Source: a virus (Duplodnaviria > Caudoviricetes). Taken from it: a DNA stretch of 33,636 bases. The DNA is taken from positions 1-33,636 of IMG/VR virus record IMGVR_UViG_3300032320_000493; one strand, given 5' to 3'. This document shows, one piece after another, positions 1-7,475 of this stretch. How positions within the stretch are numbered: the first letter of the stretch is position 1; each line of letters opens with the position of its first letter. The notes below the pieces were generated by a model, which was given only the letters and a program-made list of their open reading frames with translations, was not told the DNA's origin and made no database searches. The translations under genes and the position numbers were made by a program.

Positions 1-123
1 AGTACGAAGGAGTTGGCAAATGACATTGCAGGAAAAATATGACCGCAGTTTCTTCCCAAACATTGGAGATGTAACGCTTGAAGAGTACCTGCCGCAACTT
101 GTTGCCATAGCAAAAGCAGCCAA
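1..123 (+). repeat. Terminal direct repeat copy 1 (circular assembly overlap)
   Basis: 1-123 is identical to 33514-33636. Confidence 0.97.
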
Positions 124-289
124 TGAGAAGTCGTTTGAAGCTCATGCTAACCTAAGAAAAGCCCAAGAGGATTGCATAAAAGCCGTACAAGAACGGGAAA
201 AGGCCGATAGCGAGAGAACTTACCTTCAATTTATTCTTGAGCGCAACAGAATAAACGAAGAACTTTCAAAAAGATGGGGCAACAAATGA
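20..289 (+). CDS. Hypothetical protein, coiled-coil C-terminus
   Basis: AAGGAG RBS at 7-12; ATGA coupling at both ends. Confidence 0.8.
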   Translation: MTLQEKYDRSFFPNIGDVTLEEYLPQLVAIAKAANEKSFEAHANLRKAQEDCIKAVQEREKADSERTYLQFILERNRINEELSKRWGNK

Positions 290-510
290 CCATACACACC
301 AACATCCGCGAAATCAAATGGGACAGCCTTGGCAACGGGCAACCTACATTTCTCAGCGTGGAATACGAATGGGATACGGAGATGAACACCTTGGTAGTCT
401 TTTCTGTTTGCCATGCAGGACTTGAGTGGATTGACTACCTTAGCGACTCAACCCGTGAACACATCACTAACAAAATTTCCGAAAGGCTTGAAGATGACCA
501 CTGCGAATAA
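286..510 (+). CDS. Hypothetical protein
   Basis: ATGA overlap with the upstream stop favours start 286 over 274. Confidence 0.75.
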   Translation: MTIHTNIREIKWDSLGNGQPTFLSVEYEWDTEMNTLVVFSVCHAGLEWIDYLSDSTREHITNKISERLEDDHCE

Positions 511-703
511 AGAAGCTGACCGCATCATTGCTGATGCAGAAGAAGCTGCACAGCGTTACGGCGCAAAAGACCTAGCAGACAGGCTGGCCTACCAAGTAGG
601 AGTGCTGCAAGCCCACATCCGTGGACTGTGCCATGAGGCGCAATACAACAGTGATGAGATGAAGAAGCTCCAGCAGGAAATCTTGTGGGAGCGCAAACAA
701 TGA
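494..703 (+). CDS. Hypothetical protein
   Basis: ORF MTTANKEADR..., tightly packed with neighbours. Confidence 0.7.
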   Translation: MTTANKEADRIIADAEEAAQRYGAKDLADRLAYQVGVLQAHIRGLCHEAQYNSDEMKKLQQEILWERKQ

Positions 704-873
704 TTACATCAAGCAACGCAGAGGAAATCATTGCCGATTGCAAAAGCAGAAATGACCCTGCCAGCTATCTAGAAATTTATATAAAGATTTTATGCCAGCG
801 GTTAGAGCTTCAAAATGAACGCATTGAATGGCACAAAGAGCAATTAAACAAAATTTATAAGGACGAAAAATGA
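700..873 (+). CDS. Hypothetical protein
   Basis: ATGA coupling at both ends. Confidence 0.7.
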   Translation: MITSSNAEEIIADCKSRNDPASYLEIYIKILCQRLELQNERIEWHKEQLNKIYKDEK

Positions 874-1472
874 AAGAAATAGCAACAGCACTGGTCAAAG
901 CACAAAAGGCTTTTGGCCCTGCACTCAAGACATCGACCAACCCGCATTTCCGCAGCAAGTATGTGGACTTGTCAGGCTGCATCGAAGCGGTCATTGATAG
1001 CCTCAACAACGCAGGGATTGCATTGGTACAACGCACATCTGAGGACAGCACAGGCGTGACCGTTGAGACTGTTTTCATCCATGAGTCTGGCGAGACATTG
1101 GAGTGCGGCAAGCTGCACGTTCCAGCAGGAAAGCAAGACCCGCAGGGGTATGGCAGCGCACTGACCTATGCACGGCGCTATAGCCTCATGGCGGCCTGTG
1201 GGATAGCTCCTGAAGATGACGATGGCAACGCAGCAAGCCGTGGCCCTCGCATTGCAGCAGCTAAGACTGAATTGGTGTCACCAGGGCAAACAAACAAGCT
1301 TGCTTTAGTGGCGCAAGCAATCAATGAGCGCATGGCAGCAGATGATGCAGTCGGCGCTCTTGGTGAATACCAAGGCATCGTTGATGCGGAGGAAAAAGTA
1401 GCACTCTGGGGAATGCTTGACAGCAAGACCCGTAGCGCAATCAAAAAGCAATCTGAACTTTCTAAAGGATAA
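870..1472 (+). CDS. erf: ERF-family single-strand annealing recombinase
   Basis: N-terminal NPHFRSKYVDL and signature GSALTYARRYSLMAACGIAPEDDDGN. Confidence 0.92.
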   Translation: MKEIATALVKAQKAFGPALKTSTNPHFRSKYVDLSGCIEAVIDSLNNAGIALVQRTSEDSTGVTVETVFIHESGETLECGKLHVPAGKQDPQGYGSALTYARRYSLMAACGIAPEDDDGNAASRGPRIAAAKTELVSPGQTNKLALVAQAINERMAADDAVGALGEYQGIVDAEEKVALWGMLDSKTRSAIKKQSELSKG

Positions 1473-1474
1473 AA

Positions 1475-1723
1475 ATGGCTAAGTTATACGATGTGACAGT
1501 GGTAAACGGGAAGTACACCAAAGATGGTGTTGAGAAAAACAACTACCAAAAGATTGGCTCCATCATCGAGACAAAGAATGGCAAGCAGTTAAAGCTGGAC
1601 TCCATTCCTGTGATTGAAGGCGGCTGGAATGGCTGGGCTTACCTCAACACTCCGAAGGCTAAAGATGGCTTTCCGAAAGACGATGGTTTTCCCAAGGACA
1701 TGGACGACGATTTACCATTTTGA
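1475..1723 (+). CDS. Small single-stranded DNA-binding-like protein
   Basis: Follows erf; beta-rich body; acidic DDDLPF tail typical of SSBs. Confidence 0.7.
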   Translation: MAKLYDVTVVNGKYTKDGVEKNNYQKIGSIIETKNGKQLKLDSIPVIEGGWNGWAYLNTPKAKDGFPKDDGFPKDMDDDLPF

Positions 1724-1728
1724 TTAAC

Positions 1729-1866
1729 GAGGGAAAGCGGATGCTGTTAAAGAAAATGGCGATAGCTATTGATTCTTACAGTGCAGCGAGTACCTCACCC
1801 TTTTGGGGGGAAAACAAATGCTTGGCATCAATTCGCAGTTGCCACCAAGCTAAGTGAGTACCCCCA
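1729..1866 (+). ncRNA. Two tandem structured hairpins with GAAA/GAGUA internal loops (candidate cis-acting RNA)
   Basis: 1729-1796 and 1804-1866 share architecture with compensatory changes. Confidence 0.65.
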
Positions 1867-1883
1867 CCTTTTAGGAGTAATTT

Positions 1884-2195
1884 ATGGCTACTTATGCAAT
1901 TTTAGAATTGGACATCATTCGATGGGCAGAGGCTAGGAAAATCATTCCTAACAGCCACCCACAAACTCAATTACTCAAAGCAATGAGTGAAATTGGTGAG
2001 TTGGCAGATGCAACCATCAAGAATGACCAGGATGGCATTGCTGATGGCGTGGGTGATGTGATGGTTTGCCTCATTGTTTACTGCGCCTTGCAGGACATCA
2101 ACCTAGTTGATTGCATGGAATTGGCTTATGAGGAAATCAAAAATCGCAAAGGCACATTGCTTGCCAATGGCGTGTTTGTGAAGGATGAGGCATGA
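1884..2195 (+). CDS. MazG-like nucleotide pyrophosphohydrolase
   Basis: SEIGELAD...IADGVGDVMVCL motif; C-terminal KNRKG; AGGAG RBS. Confidence 0.88.
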   Translation: MATYAILELDIIRWAEARKIIPNSHPQTQLLKAMSEIGELADATIKNDQDGIADGVGDVMVCLIVYCALQDINLVDCMELAYEEIKNRKGTLLANGVFVKDEA

Positions 2196-2449
2196 GCATT
2201 AAAGAATTAGCAGAACAAGCGGGCTTTATTGTTGATAAGGATTCGCAAAAGTTTCAGCCGCAATGCATTCAGTCCACACATTCACTAATTGACGAGCCGC
2301 TTGCAAAGTTCGCCGAGTTGGTAACCGCGTATGAACGTGAAGAGTGCGCCAAAACAGCAGAAGATAAACGCAATTACTACGAAACGGATTATGGCATTGA
2401 TGTAGCAGTTGATATTGCAGATGCAATCAGAGCAAGGAGCAAAGCATGA
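2192..2449 (+). CDS. Hypothetical phage protein
   Basis: ATGA coupled; FAELV..EREECAK..IADAIRAR pattern typical of small phage ORFs. Confidence 0.8.
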   Translation: MSIKELAEQAGFIVDKDSQKFQPQCIQSTHSLIDEPLAKFAELVTAYEREECAKTAEDKRNYYETDYGIDVAVDIADAIRARSKA

Positions 2450-2583
2450 AATACATCCTAGACTTCTTTGCCCTGGTTGGCTTATGCGCCAGCGTCATTG
2501 CAGCAGGGTTTTATTTAGGGTACGCCACCTATCAGCCTGAATGCGAAGTGTGGGTTGCTGCGTTTACGAAGGAATGCAAATGA
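2446..2583 (+). CDS. 45-aa predicted membrane protein (not in ORF track)
   Basis: MKYILDFFALVGLCASVIAAGFYLGYATYQPECEVWVAAFTKECK; AAGGAG RBS; ATGA coupling at both ends. Confidence 0.75.
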   Translation: MKYILDFFALVGLCASVIAAGFYLGYATYQPECEVWVAAFTKECK

Positions 2584-2780
2584 CGCCAACATCCAGACTG
2601 CGCTTTGTTGAGCGCCTTGTGCCAATGCCTGAGCATGGCGGCTACCTAAAAACAGTCCGCATCCTCCAGCAATGGTGGGAAAAGTCATTAACCATAAACC
2701 TTGGCTGGACTGGTGATATGCCTTTGCGTAAAGCAGAGGGCGAGTGGCGCGATGTACCAATTGAAAAGGAGTGCAAATGA
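2580..2780 (+). CDS. Hypothetical protein
   Basis: MTPTSRLRFVER...ILQQWW...GEWRDVP; ATGA coupled. Confidence 0.8.
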   Translation: MTPTSRLRFVERLVPMPEHGGYLKTVRILQQWWEKSLTINLGWTGDMPLRKAEGEWRDVPIEKECK

Positions 2781-2971
2781 TTAAGTCAATCAAAAAGCTC
2801 CTGCAAACACCCACCATTATTGAATTGGTGGTCAAAGAATTAGTAGAGGCACACAGGTCTAAATTAGAAGCTGAAAGCGCACAGGACTACGCAAAAAGCG
2901 TAGTGCAATACAACATTGACCGAATCGAACGATTGACAAAAACATTGGATGAGTTGAAGGAGCAGGCATGA
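2777..2971 (+). CDS. Hypothetical helical protein
   Basis: AAGGAG RBS; ATGA coupled. Confidence 0.75.
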   Translation: MIKSIKKLLQTPTIIELVVKELVEAHRSKLEAESAQDYAKSVVQYNIDRIERLTKTLDELKEQA

Positions 2972-3096
2972 ACGATGACGATACCGATGCGGGCGGCGAC
3001 TTATTCGTTAGCATGGCAACCGTTCTAATTGTTATATTTTTGTTTGTTTTATTTGTTGTCGCTGTTGGCAGCATTTTATGGTGGGTATTAGCATGA
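2968..3096 (+). CDS. 42-aa single-pass membrane protein (not in ORF track)
   Basis: MNDDDTDAGGDLFVSMATVLIVIFLFVLFVVAVGSILWWVLA; RBS and ATGA coupling. Confidence 0.75.
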   Translation: MNDDDTDAGGDLFVSMATVLIVIFLFVLFVVAVGSILWWVLA

Positions 3097-3356
3097 GAGT
3101 ACTACGCAGAATAGGCGATGACCTGAAGTGGAGCGCCAAGGCTATAGATGATTGGGATGGTGATGATTGTCACCACAAATCAGCAATGAAAGCGTTGTCA
3201 GCGGACATCTTTGAGCTGGCGGTGGTACGCAACTACTACATCGACAAAGAGACTTTGTTGAAGATGTACGAACAGTACATGGACTACAAACCATCAACGC
3301 CTATGTGGGAACAGAACCAACAGGCGCTGTACAACAAGCTGAGGAGAGAAACATGA
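3093..3356 (+). CDS. Hypothetical protein
   Basis: ATGA coupled ORF. Confidence 0.7.
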   Translation: MRVLRRIGDDLKWSAKAIDDWDGDDCHHKSAMKALSADIFELAVVRNYYIDKETLLKMYEQYMDYKPSTPMWEQNQQALYNKLRRET

Positions 3357-3640
3357 CTGGATTTGGCTCAAAGCAGCGCATGGCTGTGGACAGAGATGCG
3401 TTGTTTGAGAAACTTGAAGTAGAGCAGCCAGCGCAGGAGCCTGTGGCAACTGTTCAACGTATTAATGGCGTAACTTTTGGATATTTAGAAAAAGCGCAAC
3501 CTATCGGCACACAGCTATACACCGCCCCACCACAGCGCGAATGGATAGGGCTAACACCGGAAGAAACATCAGGATTCACTCAGCACGAAATGACTGTGGT
3601 GAAGTATGTGAGCAAGGTATTGCAGGAGAAGAACGGATGA
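3353..3640 (+). CDS. Hypothetical phage protein
   Basis: GAGGAG RBS; QPAQEPVA...LYTAPPQREWIGLT...LQEKN pattern common in phage accessory ORFs. Confidence 0.8.
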   Translation: MTGFGSKQRMAVDRDALFEKLEVEQPAQEPVATVQRINGVTFGYLEKAQPIGTQLYTAPPQREWIGLTPEETSGFTQHEMTVVKYVSKVLQEKNG

Positions 3641-3726
3641 TTACCATTTTGGGGGCGTTGGTTAGCTTTTGGCTATTCAACTATGAGCACCGCTACCGCG
3701 CCAAATTTAAGGAGAAGAATACATGA
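3637..3726 (+). CDS. 29-aa peptide with hydrophobic N-terminus
   Basis: AGGAG RBS; ATGA coupling at both ends. Confidence 0.55.
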   Translation: MITILGALVSFWLFNYEHRYRAKFKEKNT

Positions 3727-3908
3727 GCAAACGTGACTTAGCACTGGATAGTCTGACGCGCATCTGCGAGATACAGCAGAGACTCATCAACCAGCTTATT
3801 GCTATGGAGCAAAGCTCTTATGCCCGTGGGTATGAAGATGGAATGGCAGCCCAGGCAGAAGTAGACATTGCATTAAATGAAATGGCGGTCAAAAGTGAAG
3901 CTATATAA
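3723..3908 (+). CDS. Hypothetical protein
   Basis: AGGAG RBS; ATGA coupled. Confidence 0.7.
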   Translation: MSKRDLALDSLTRICEIQQRLINQLIAMEQSSYARGYEDGMAAQAEVDIALNEMAVKSEAI

Positions 3909-4065
3909 CGTACCCAGAAATAGCACAATCGTACTCAAAGATGGGCTGGAGCTAAAGTTTCACCACATCGACGGTATGTACAGTGTGTGTACAGACGAGA
4001 ACAATGAGATTTACCACCTTGCTACATGGGAAGAGGTAGAGGTTAAACCAAAGGAGGAGCAATGA
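3877..4065 (+). CDS. Hypothetical small beta-rich protein (start may be GTG at 3895)
   Basis: FHHIDGMYSVC motif; ATGA coupled to the next gene. Confidence 0.7.
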   Translation: MKWRSKVKLYNVPRNSTIVLKDGLELKFHHIDGMYSVCTDENNEIYHLATWEEVEVKPKEEQ

Positions 4066-4331
4066 GTTTTGAGAATGTTCCCCATGCGCCAAAAACGCCA
4101 ATTATTCGGGGCTTGCTGCATAACTTCCCTGATGGCTTGACAGTCTCAGAAATCTGCACAAAGACGTTTATTGATTCACGGGTTGTACGCACTTGCCTAA
4201 AAAAGATGGCAGATTGCTACATTGATAGGTGGCTGGTAGGCAAACATCAAAAGCCGCCAGAAGCTGTTTGGTGTGTAGCTGATGTGCCTGAGAATTGTCC
4301 TAAACCAAGTAATAGAAAGATTAAGGAATGA
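4062..4331 (+). CDS. Putative winged-helix DNA-binding protein
   Basis: PDGLTVSEI...SRVVRTCLKKM...YIDRW pattern; GGAGG RBS. Confidence 0.6.
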   Translation: MSFENVPHAPKTPIIRGLLHNFPDGLTVSEICTKTFIDSRVVRTCLKKMADCYIDRWLVGKHQKPPEAVWCVADVPENCPKPSNRKIKE

Positions 4332-4528
4332 ATATGAAAATCAACGCCACATTCAATGACGAAGAAGAAGCCATCAAAGCTATCCATTCAGGATATGCTT
4401 GGCAGACGCTTCATGAGATAAACGACATACTGCGCCATCAAAGAAAACACGACCTGCCTTTTGAGCAAGTCGTGTCACAAATCCAAGCGTCTGTTCAAGA
4501 CGCATTGGCTATGATTTACCCAGATTAG
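4328..4528 (+). CDS. Hypothetical protein
   Basis: ATGA coupled; last gene of the + strand block. Confidence 0.75.
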   Translation: MNMKINATFNDEEEAIKAIHSGYAWQTLHEINDILRHQRKHDLPFEQVVSQIQASVQDALAMIYPD

Positions 4529-4728
4529 ACTTCTTCGTCTTCTTCCCAATCGTCTTCGGACTCATCGTCCTCTTCGACTTCTTCTTCGTCTTCTTCGATG
4601 TCTTCCACGACTTCCCAACCGTTTGCTTCGTAGTAAGCGGCTGCGTCCTGGATGACCTTGATGACGTTCATGTCATCGGTGTCGATGGTGATAGAACCCG
4701 ACTCAATTAGCATTTCAAACTGATACAT
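4525..4728 (-). CDS. Small, highly acidic protein
   Basis: AGGAG RBS; about 29 D/E and one K in 67 aa. Confidence 0.75.
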   Translation of the reverse strand: MYQFEMLIESGSITIDTDDMNVIKVIQDAAAYYEANGWEVVEDIEEDEEEVEEDDESEDDWEEDEEV

Positions 4729-4736
4729 GGTAACTC

Positions 4737-5705
4737 CTATACGTTGATAATTTGACCTCGAAATTCAACCTGATTTTCATCCCACTTGTGAACTAGCTCA
4801 GGCCACAAAAGCTTACCACCTTTGAATGTCAGAACCGCAAATCCAGACCGATGATTGAGGGGGCTGCCCTCGCCATAGTCAAACTGCGGGCCATACGGCT
4901 CTGCTAAAGTCCCCGTATCTACGCCGTACCGATTGCCGTTGTAATCAGCGAATGGAGTCACTTTTAGGCTGTGTAAATGACCAGTTACAATGCTGACTCC
5001 TGCATTTACAGTGTTGTTATGGGCGGCATGAACGCCATTCTTATAACGATGCTTTATAACGCAGTCTTTTGTAGGCCAAACAGACCATGCAAACTCCCAT
5101 GCTGGTAAATGGTCTTCCAACTTGAAACCCTGTACCTCACGGTACTGAGGCGCTTGCACTGCTAACTTATTAGCAAAACGGGTGTCATGATTCCCCCACG
5201 TAAACAGTAGCTTTACATTATGTCTGGCGGCTTTTGCTGTTTCTTCTATTTCGCCAAGGTGGGCTTGGACTGCTTTTAGTTCTTCAATCACGCTTGGAGT
5301 TTTAGACCATCCCAACGGGTCATGCCTACTAATGGAGGCTCCGTCAAATGCGTCCCCGTTAGAGATGACTGCGTGAGGCTTTAGCTCTTTGATTGCCCAC
5401 AAAAGACCTTTGTAAGCCGTTGTATATTCTCCAGGCCAAAAATGCGAGTCGCTAAAAACAATGATGGTTTGGTCAAGTATGCCAAGGTCTACGCGATTGA
5501 GTGATGTTTTTATCGGCTGTAATTGCGCGTACAAATTGGTATTTGGATGCACGGTAGCCAACGGCATATTTTCGGATGCCTCAATCCTGCGCCGCCTACG
5601 GTGAACAGCTCGTCTATCAATCTTCAAGAACTCAGCTACTTTTTCAACAGAGCCTAGACGATTCCAAATTTCTAAAAATTCAGCACGTGAAACTTTTGCT
5701 ACCAT
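4737..5705 (-). CDS. Calcineurin-like metallophosphoesterase with N-terminal HTH-like extension
   Basis: DSH, GDAFD, GNHD, H and GHLH motifs in canonical order. Confidence 0.88.
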   Translation of the reverse strand: MVAKVSRAEFLEIWNRLGSVEKVAEFLKIDRRAVHRRRRRIEASENMPLATVHPNTNLYAQLQPIKTSLNRVDLGILDQTIIVFSDSHFWPGEYTTAYKGLLWAIKELKPHAVISNGDAFDGASISRHDPLGWSKTPSVIEELKAVQAHLGEIEETAKAARHNVKLLFTWGNHDTRFANKLAVQAPQYREVQGFKLEDHLPAWEFAWSVWPTKDCVIKHRYKNGVHAAHNNTVNAGVSIVTGHLHSLKVTPFADYNGNRYGVDTGTLAEPYGPQFDYGEGSPLNHRSGFAVLTFKGGKLLWPELVHKWDENQVEFRGQIINV

Positions 5706-5765
5706 AGTAACCCCGCGAAGTTGCGCGGAATCTAACACACATCTATTGTATAAATACTACGACAT

Positions 5766-6104
5766 CTATACATTTCGCTCAAAGTGGGGGCAATCAACCA
5801 ATGACCGGAAGTTTCCACCCCAGCGGTTCTTAGGATGCAGGCTCTCCCAATACGCGCCTAGCGGAGCCAGGATGCCCTTGTCCCATATGATTTTGCCATC
5901 ACGGAAGAAGTTTAGGTCGGCAGCGCAACGCTTCAGATGAATGCTGTTCATGGTCTTAGACCGACCTGTCTTGAAGTAAATGGCCTGCTGTTCTGGAGTG
6001 CGGGCGAGTTCACCGCCTGTAACCATAAAACCTTGGTCAGTGGCGTACTGCACTAGCTTGCAGAAATCCAACAGGAAAGCTGCTTGTTCTTGACTAAGAC
6101 TCAT
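5766..6104 (-). CDS. Endolysin, M15-family peptidase
   Basis: RTPEQQ, SIHLKRCAADL and WGGNF..LVDCPHFE zinc-peptidase motifs. Confidence 0.9.
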   Translation of the reverse strand: MSLSQEQAAFLLDFCKLVQYATDQGFMVTGGELARTPEQQAIYFKTGRSKTMNSIHLKRCAADLNFFRDGKIIWDKGILAPLGAYWESLHPKNRWGGNFRSLVDCPHFERNV

Positions 6105-6294
6105 ACAAACCCCTTTTTTGAACAATTAGGTCGATGCAAGTGGCATCTGCCGTTGCACCCATCTTGATAAATTCCTGCATCTTTTCCTGTACGGTTGTCA
6201 TGCATTTCTGCCTGTCGGTGTAGTGGGTAAGTTGCTGCAAGAATTCGCAATGCCCGTTCATGCAGATATAGAGTACGGGGATAAAGATGCTCAT
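6094..6294 (-). CDS. Small Cys-containing lysis-module protein
   Basis: Between holin and endolysin; hydrophobic N-terminus; four Cys. Confidence 0.65.
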   Translation of the reverse strand: MSIFIPVLYICMNGHCEFLQQLTHYTDRQKCMTTVQEKMQEFIKMGATADATCIDLIVQKRGLYES

Positions 6295-6803
6295 TTGTTT
6301 CTCCTCATCTCAGCCAGTTTTTCCACAGTGCGTCCACCAAAGTACGCGCCCATAATCAGCATTCCCCAGTTACCCAGCAGGGTCACATAGGACTCATTGG
6401 CGTTGTAGCCGTACGCCGACATCATGGCAAAGAGAAAGTATCCGCAGAAGATGGCAATCAACGACATGGGTCTGATGTTCTTAGACAACCACGAGTCGCT
6501 AGACATATCAGCTTTCCAGCGGTCTGTGATGTTCTCTGCATCAGACTGCGCCGCCTTTGCATACAGTTCCATTTCAGCCATTTCGAGTTTGGCTTTCTCG
6601 ATGCCCAACTCAATCAGGCGCTCTTCATGCTGGTACTGCAACTCGCGCAACCTCTCGACATCAGCAGGAGTGGGATTATCGGGAATCTTCACGCCCAGCG
6701 TGTTCTCCACAACTTCTTTGCCCTTTGCCTGGATAGCAGAAGACAGAAGACCAAGGCCGCTTTCAGCAAGCGTACCTAACAATGCGCCAATAATTGGAAT
6801 CAT
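6291..6803 (-). CDS. Holin of the 3TM (GTA-type) family
   Basis: DSWLSKNIRP, two C-terminal TM segments, GAYFGGRTVEK. Confidence 0.85.
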   Translation of the reverse strand: MIPIIGALLGTLAESGLGLLSSAIQAKGKEVVENTLGVKIPDNPTPADVERLRELQYQHEERLIELGIEKAKLEMAEMELYAKAAQSDAENITDRWKADMSSDSWLSKNIRPMSLIAIFCGYFLFAMMSAYGYNANESYVTLLGNWGMLIMGAYFGGRTVEKLAEMRRNK

Positions 6804-7293
6804 GAAAAACCCCTATTTGTAATAACGTGAAATGCGACACTTACTAGCGGAACAACGATAGCAGATGCGCCAGAAATCCAGAGTGTGTTCATGATAATCG
6901 CAATCTTCACTTCTTTGTCCTTCTGCTTTCGTTCCGCCTCTTCCTGCTCTAAAAAATCCCGTTCTTTCTTTAACCTCGTTCGTTCTGCCATCATCTCTTC
7001 CCACACTGGCGCATTGCCGCTGTAGAAAAGAATGTCCTTCAACTCTTTTTCATGCTCTCGCAGCGCCTTGGATGCCAGTGCAATTTGGAGTGCTTGTGCG
7101 CTAATCTGTGCATCTGTCTTTCCAATTGAAGCAATCCTGGCCTTGCTGCTTGCTACATGAACCGTGTCTGCCGCTTGGTAGAAACTGCTGAATTCTTTAT
7201 AGAGGCTATGGATGTCCTTACCAAGGGCAACTGCTTTTTTATTCCAGCTACAGCACCTTGTGCCATAGCGAATGCGGTGAAGGGGTCTATCAT
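6800..7293 (-). CDS. Frameshifted gene: 164-aa coiled-coil protein with C-terminal TM if a -1 shift occurs at 7234-7240; 46-aa product without the shift
   Basis: ATG at 7293 (ATGA coupled); zero frame stops at 7153; -1 frame stays open to 6800 with no ATG/GTG/TTG before 7042; junction is A_AAA_AAG. Confidence 0.75.
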
Positions 7294-7475
7294 TTCTTGA
7301 TTACCACCACCCATCTGCAAATGCGTCCGTCTTTGTCAAGGAACTCATTTGCTCTAAGCATATTGTCATCATCTTTCTTTGGGATGCGGCAAACCAGTAC
7401 TGTTTTAGTCTCTGTTCCAGGCCATGGACTTTCGGCAGAGGCTAATAAAGCATTAAAAGCTTGAGTTATTGGCAT
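7290..7475 (-). CDS. Hypothetical protein
   Basis: TAATG coupling upstream, ATGA downstream. Confidence 0.6.
   Translation of the reverse strand: MPITQAFNALLASAESPWPGTETKTVLVCRIPKKDDDNMLRANEFLDKDGRICRWVVVIKK

Noticed and set aside
1661-1698. DGFPKD duplication in the SSB tail
   Set aside because: Short in-frame duplication in a disordered linker; unremarkable
1729-1866. tRNA or hammerhead ribozyme
   Set aside because: No cloverleaf or TTC T-loop; no CUGANGA core
6800-7042. 80-aa ORF starting at TTG 7042 as the full gene
   Set aside because: The frame is open for ~85 more codons upstream and joins the coupled ATG at 7293 through a one-base shift
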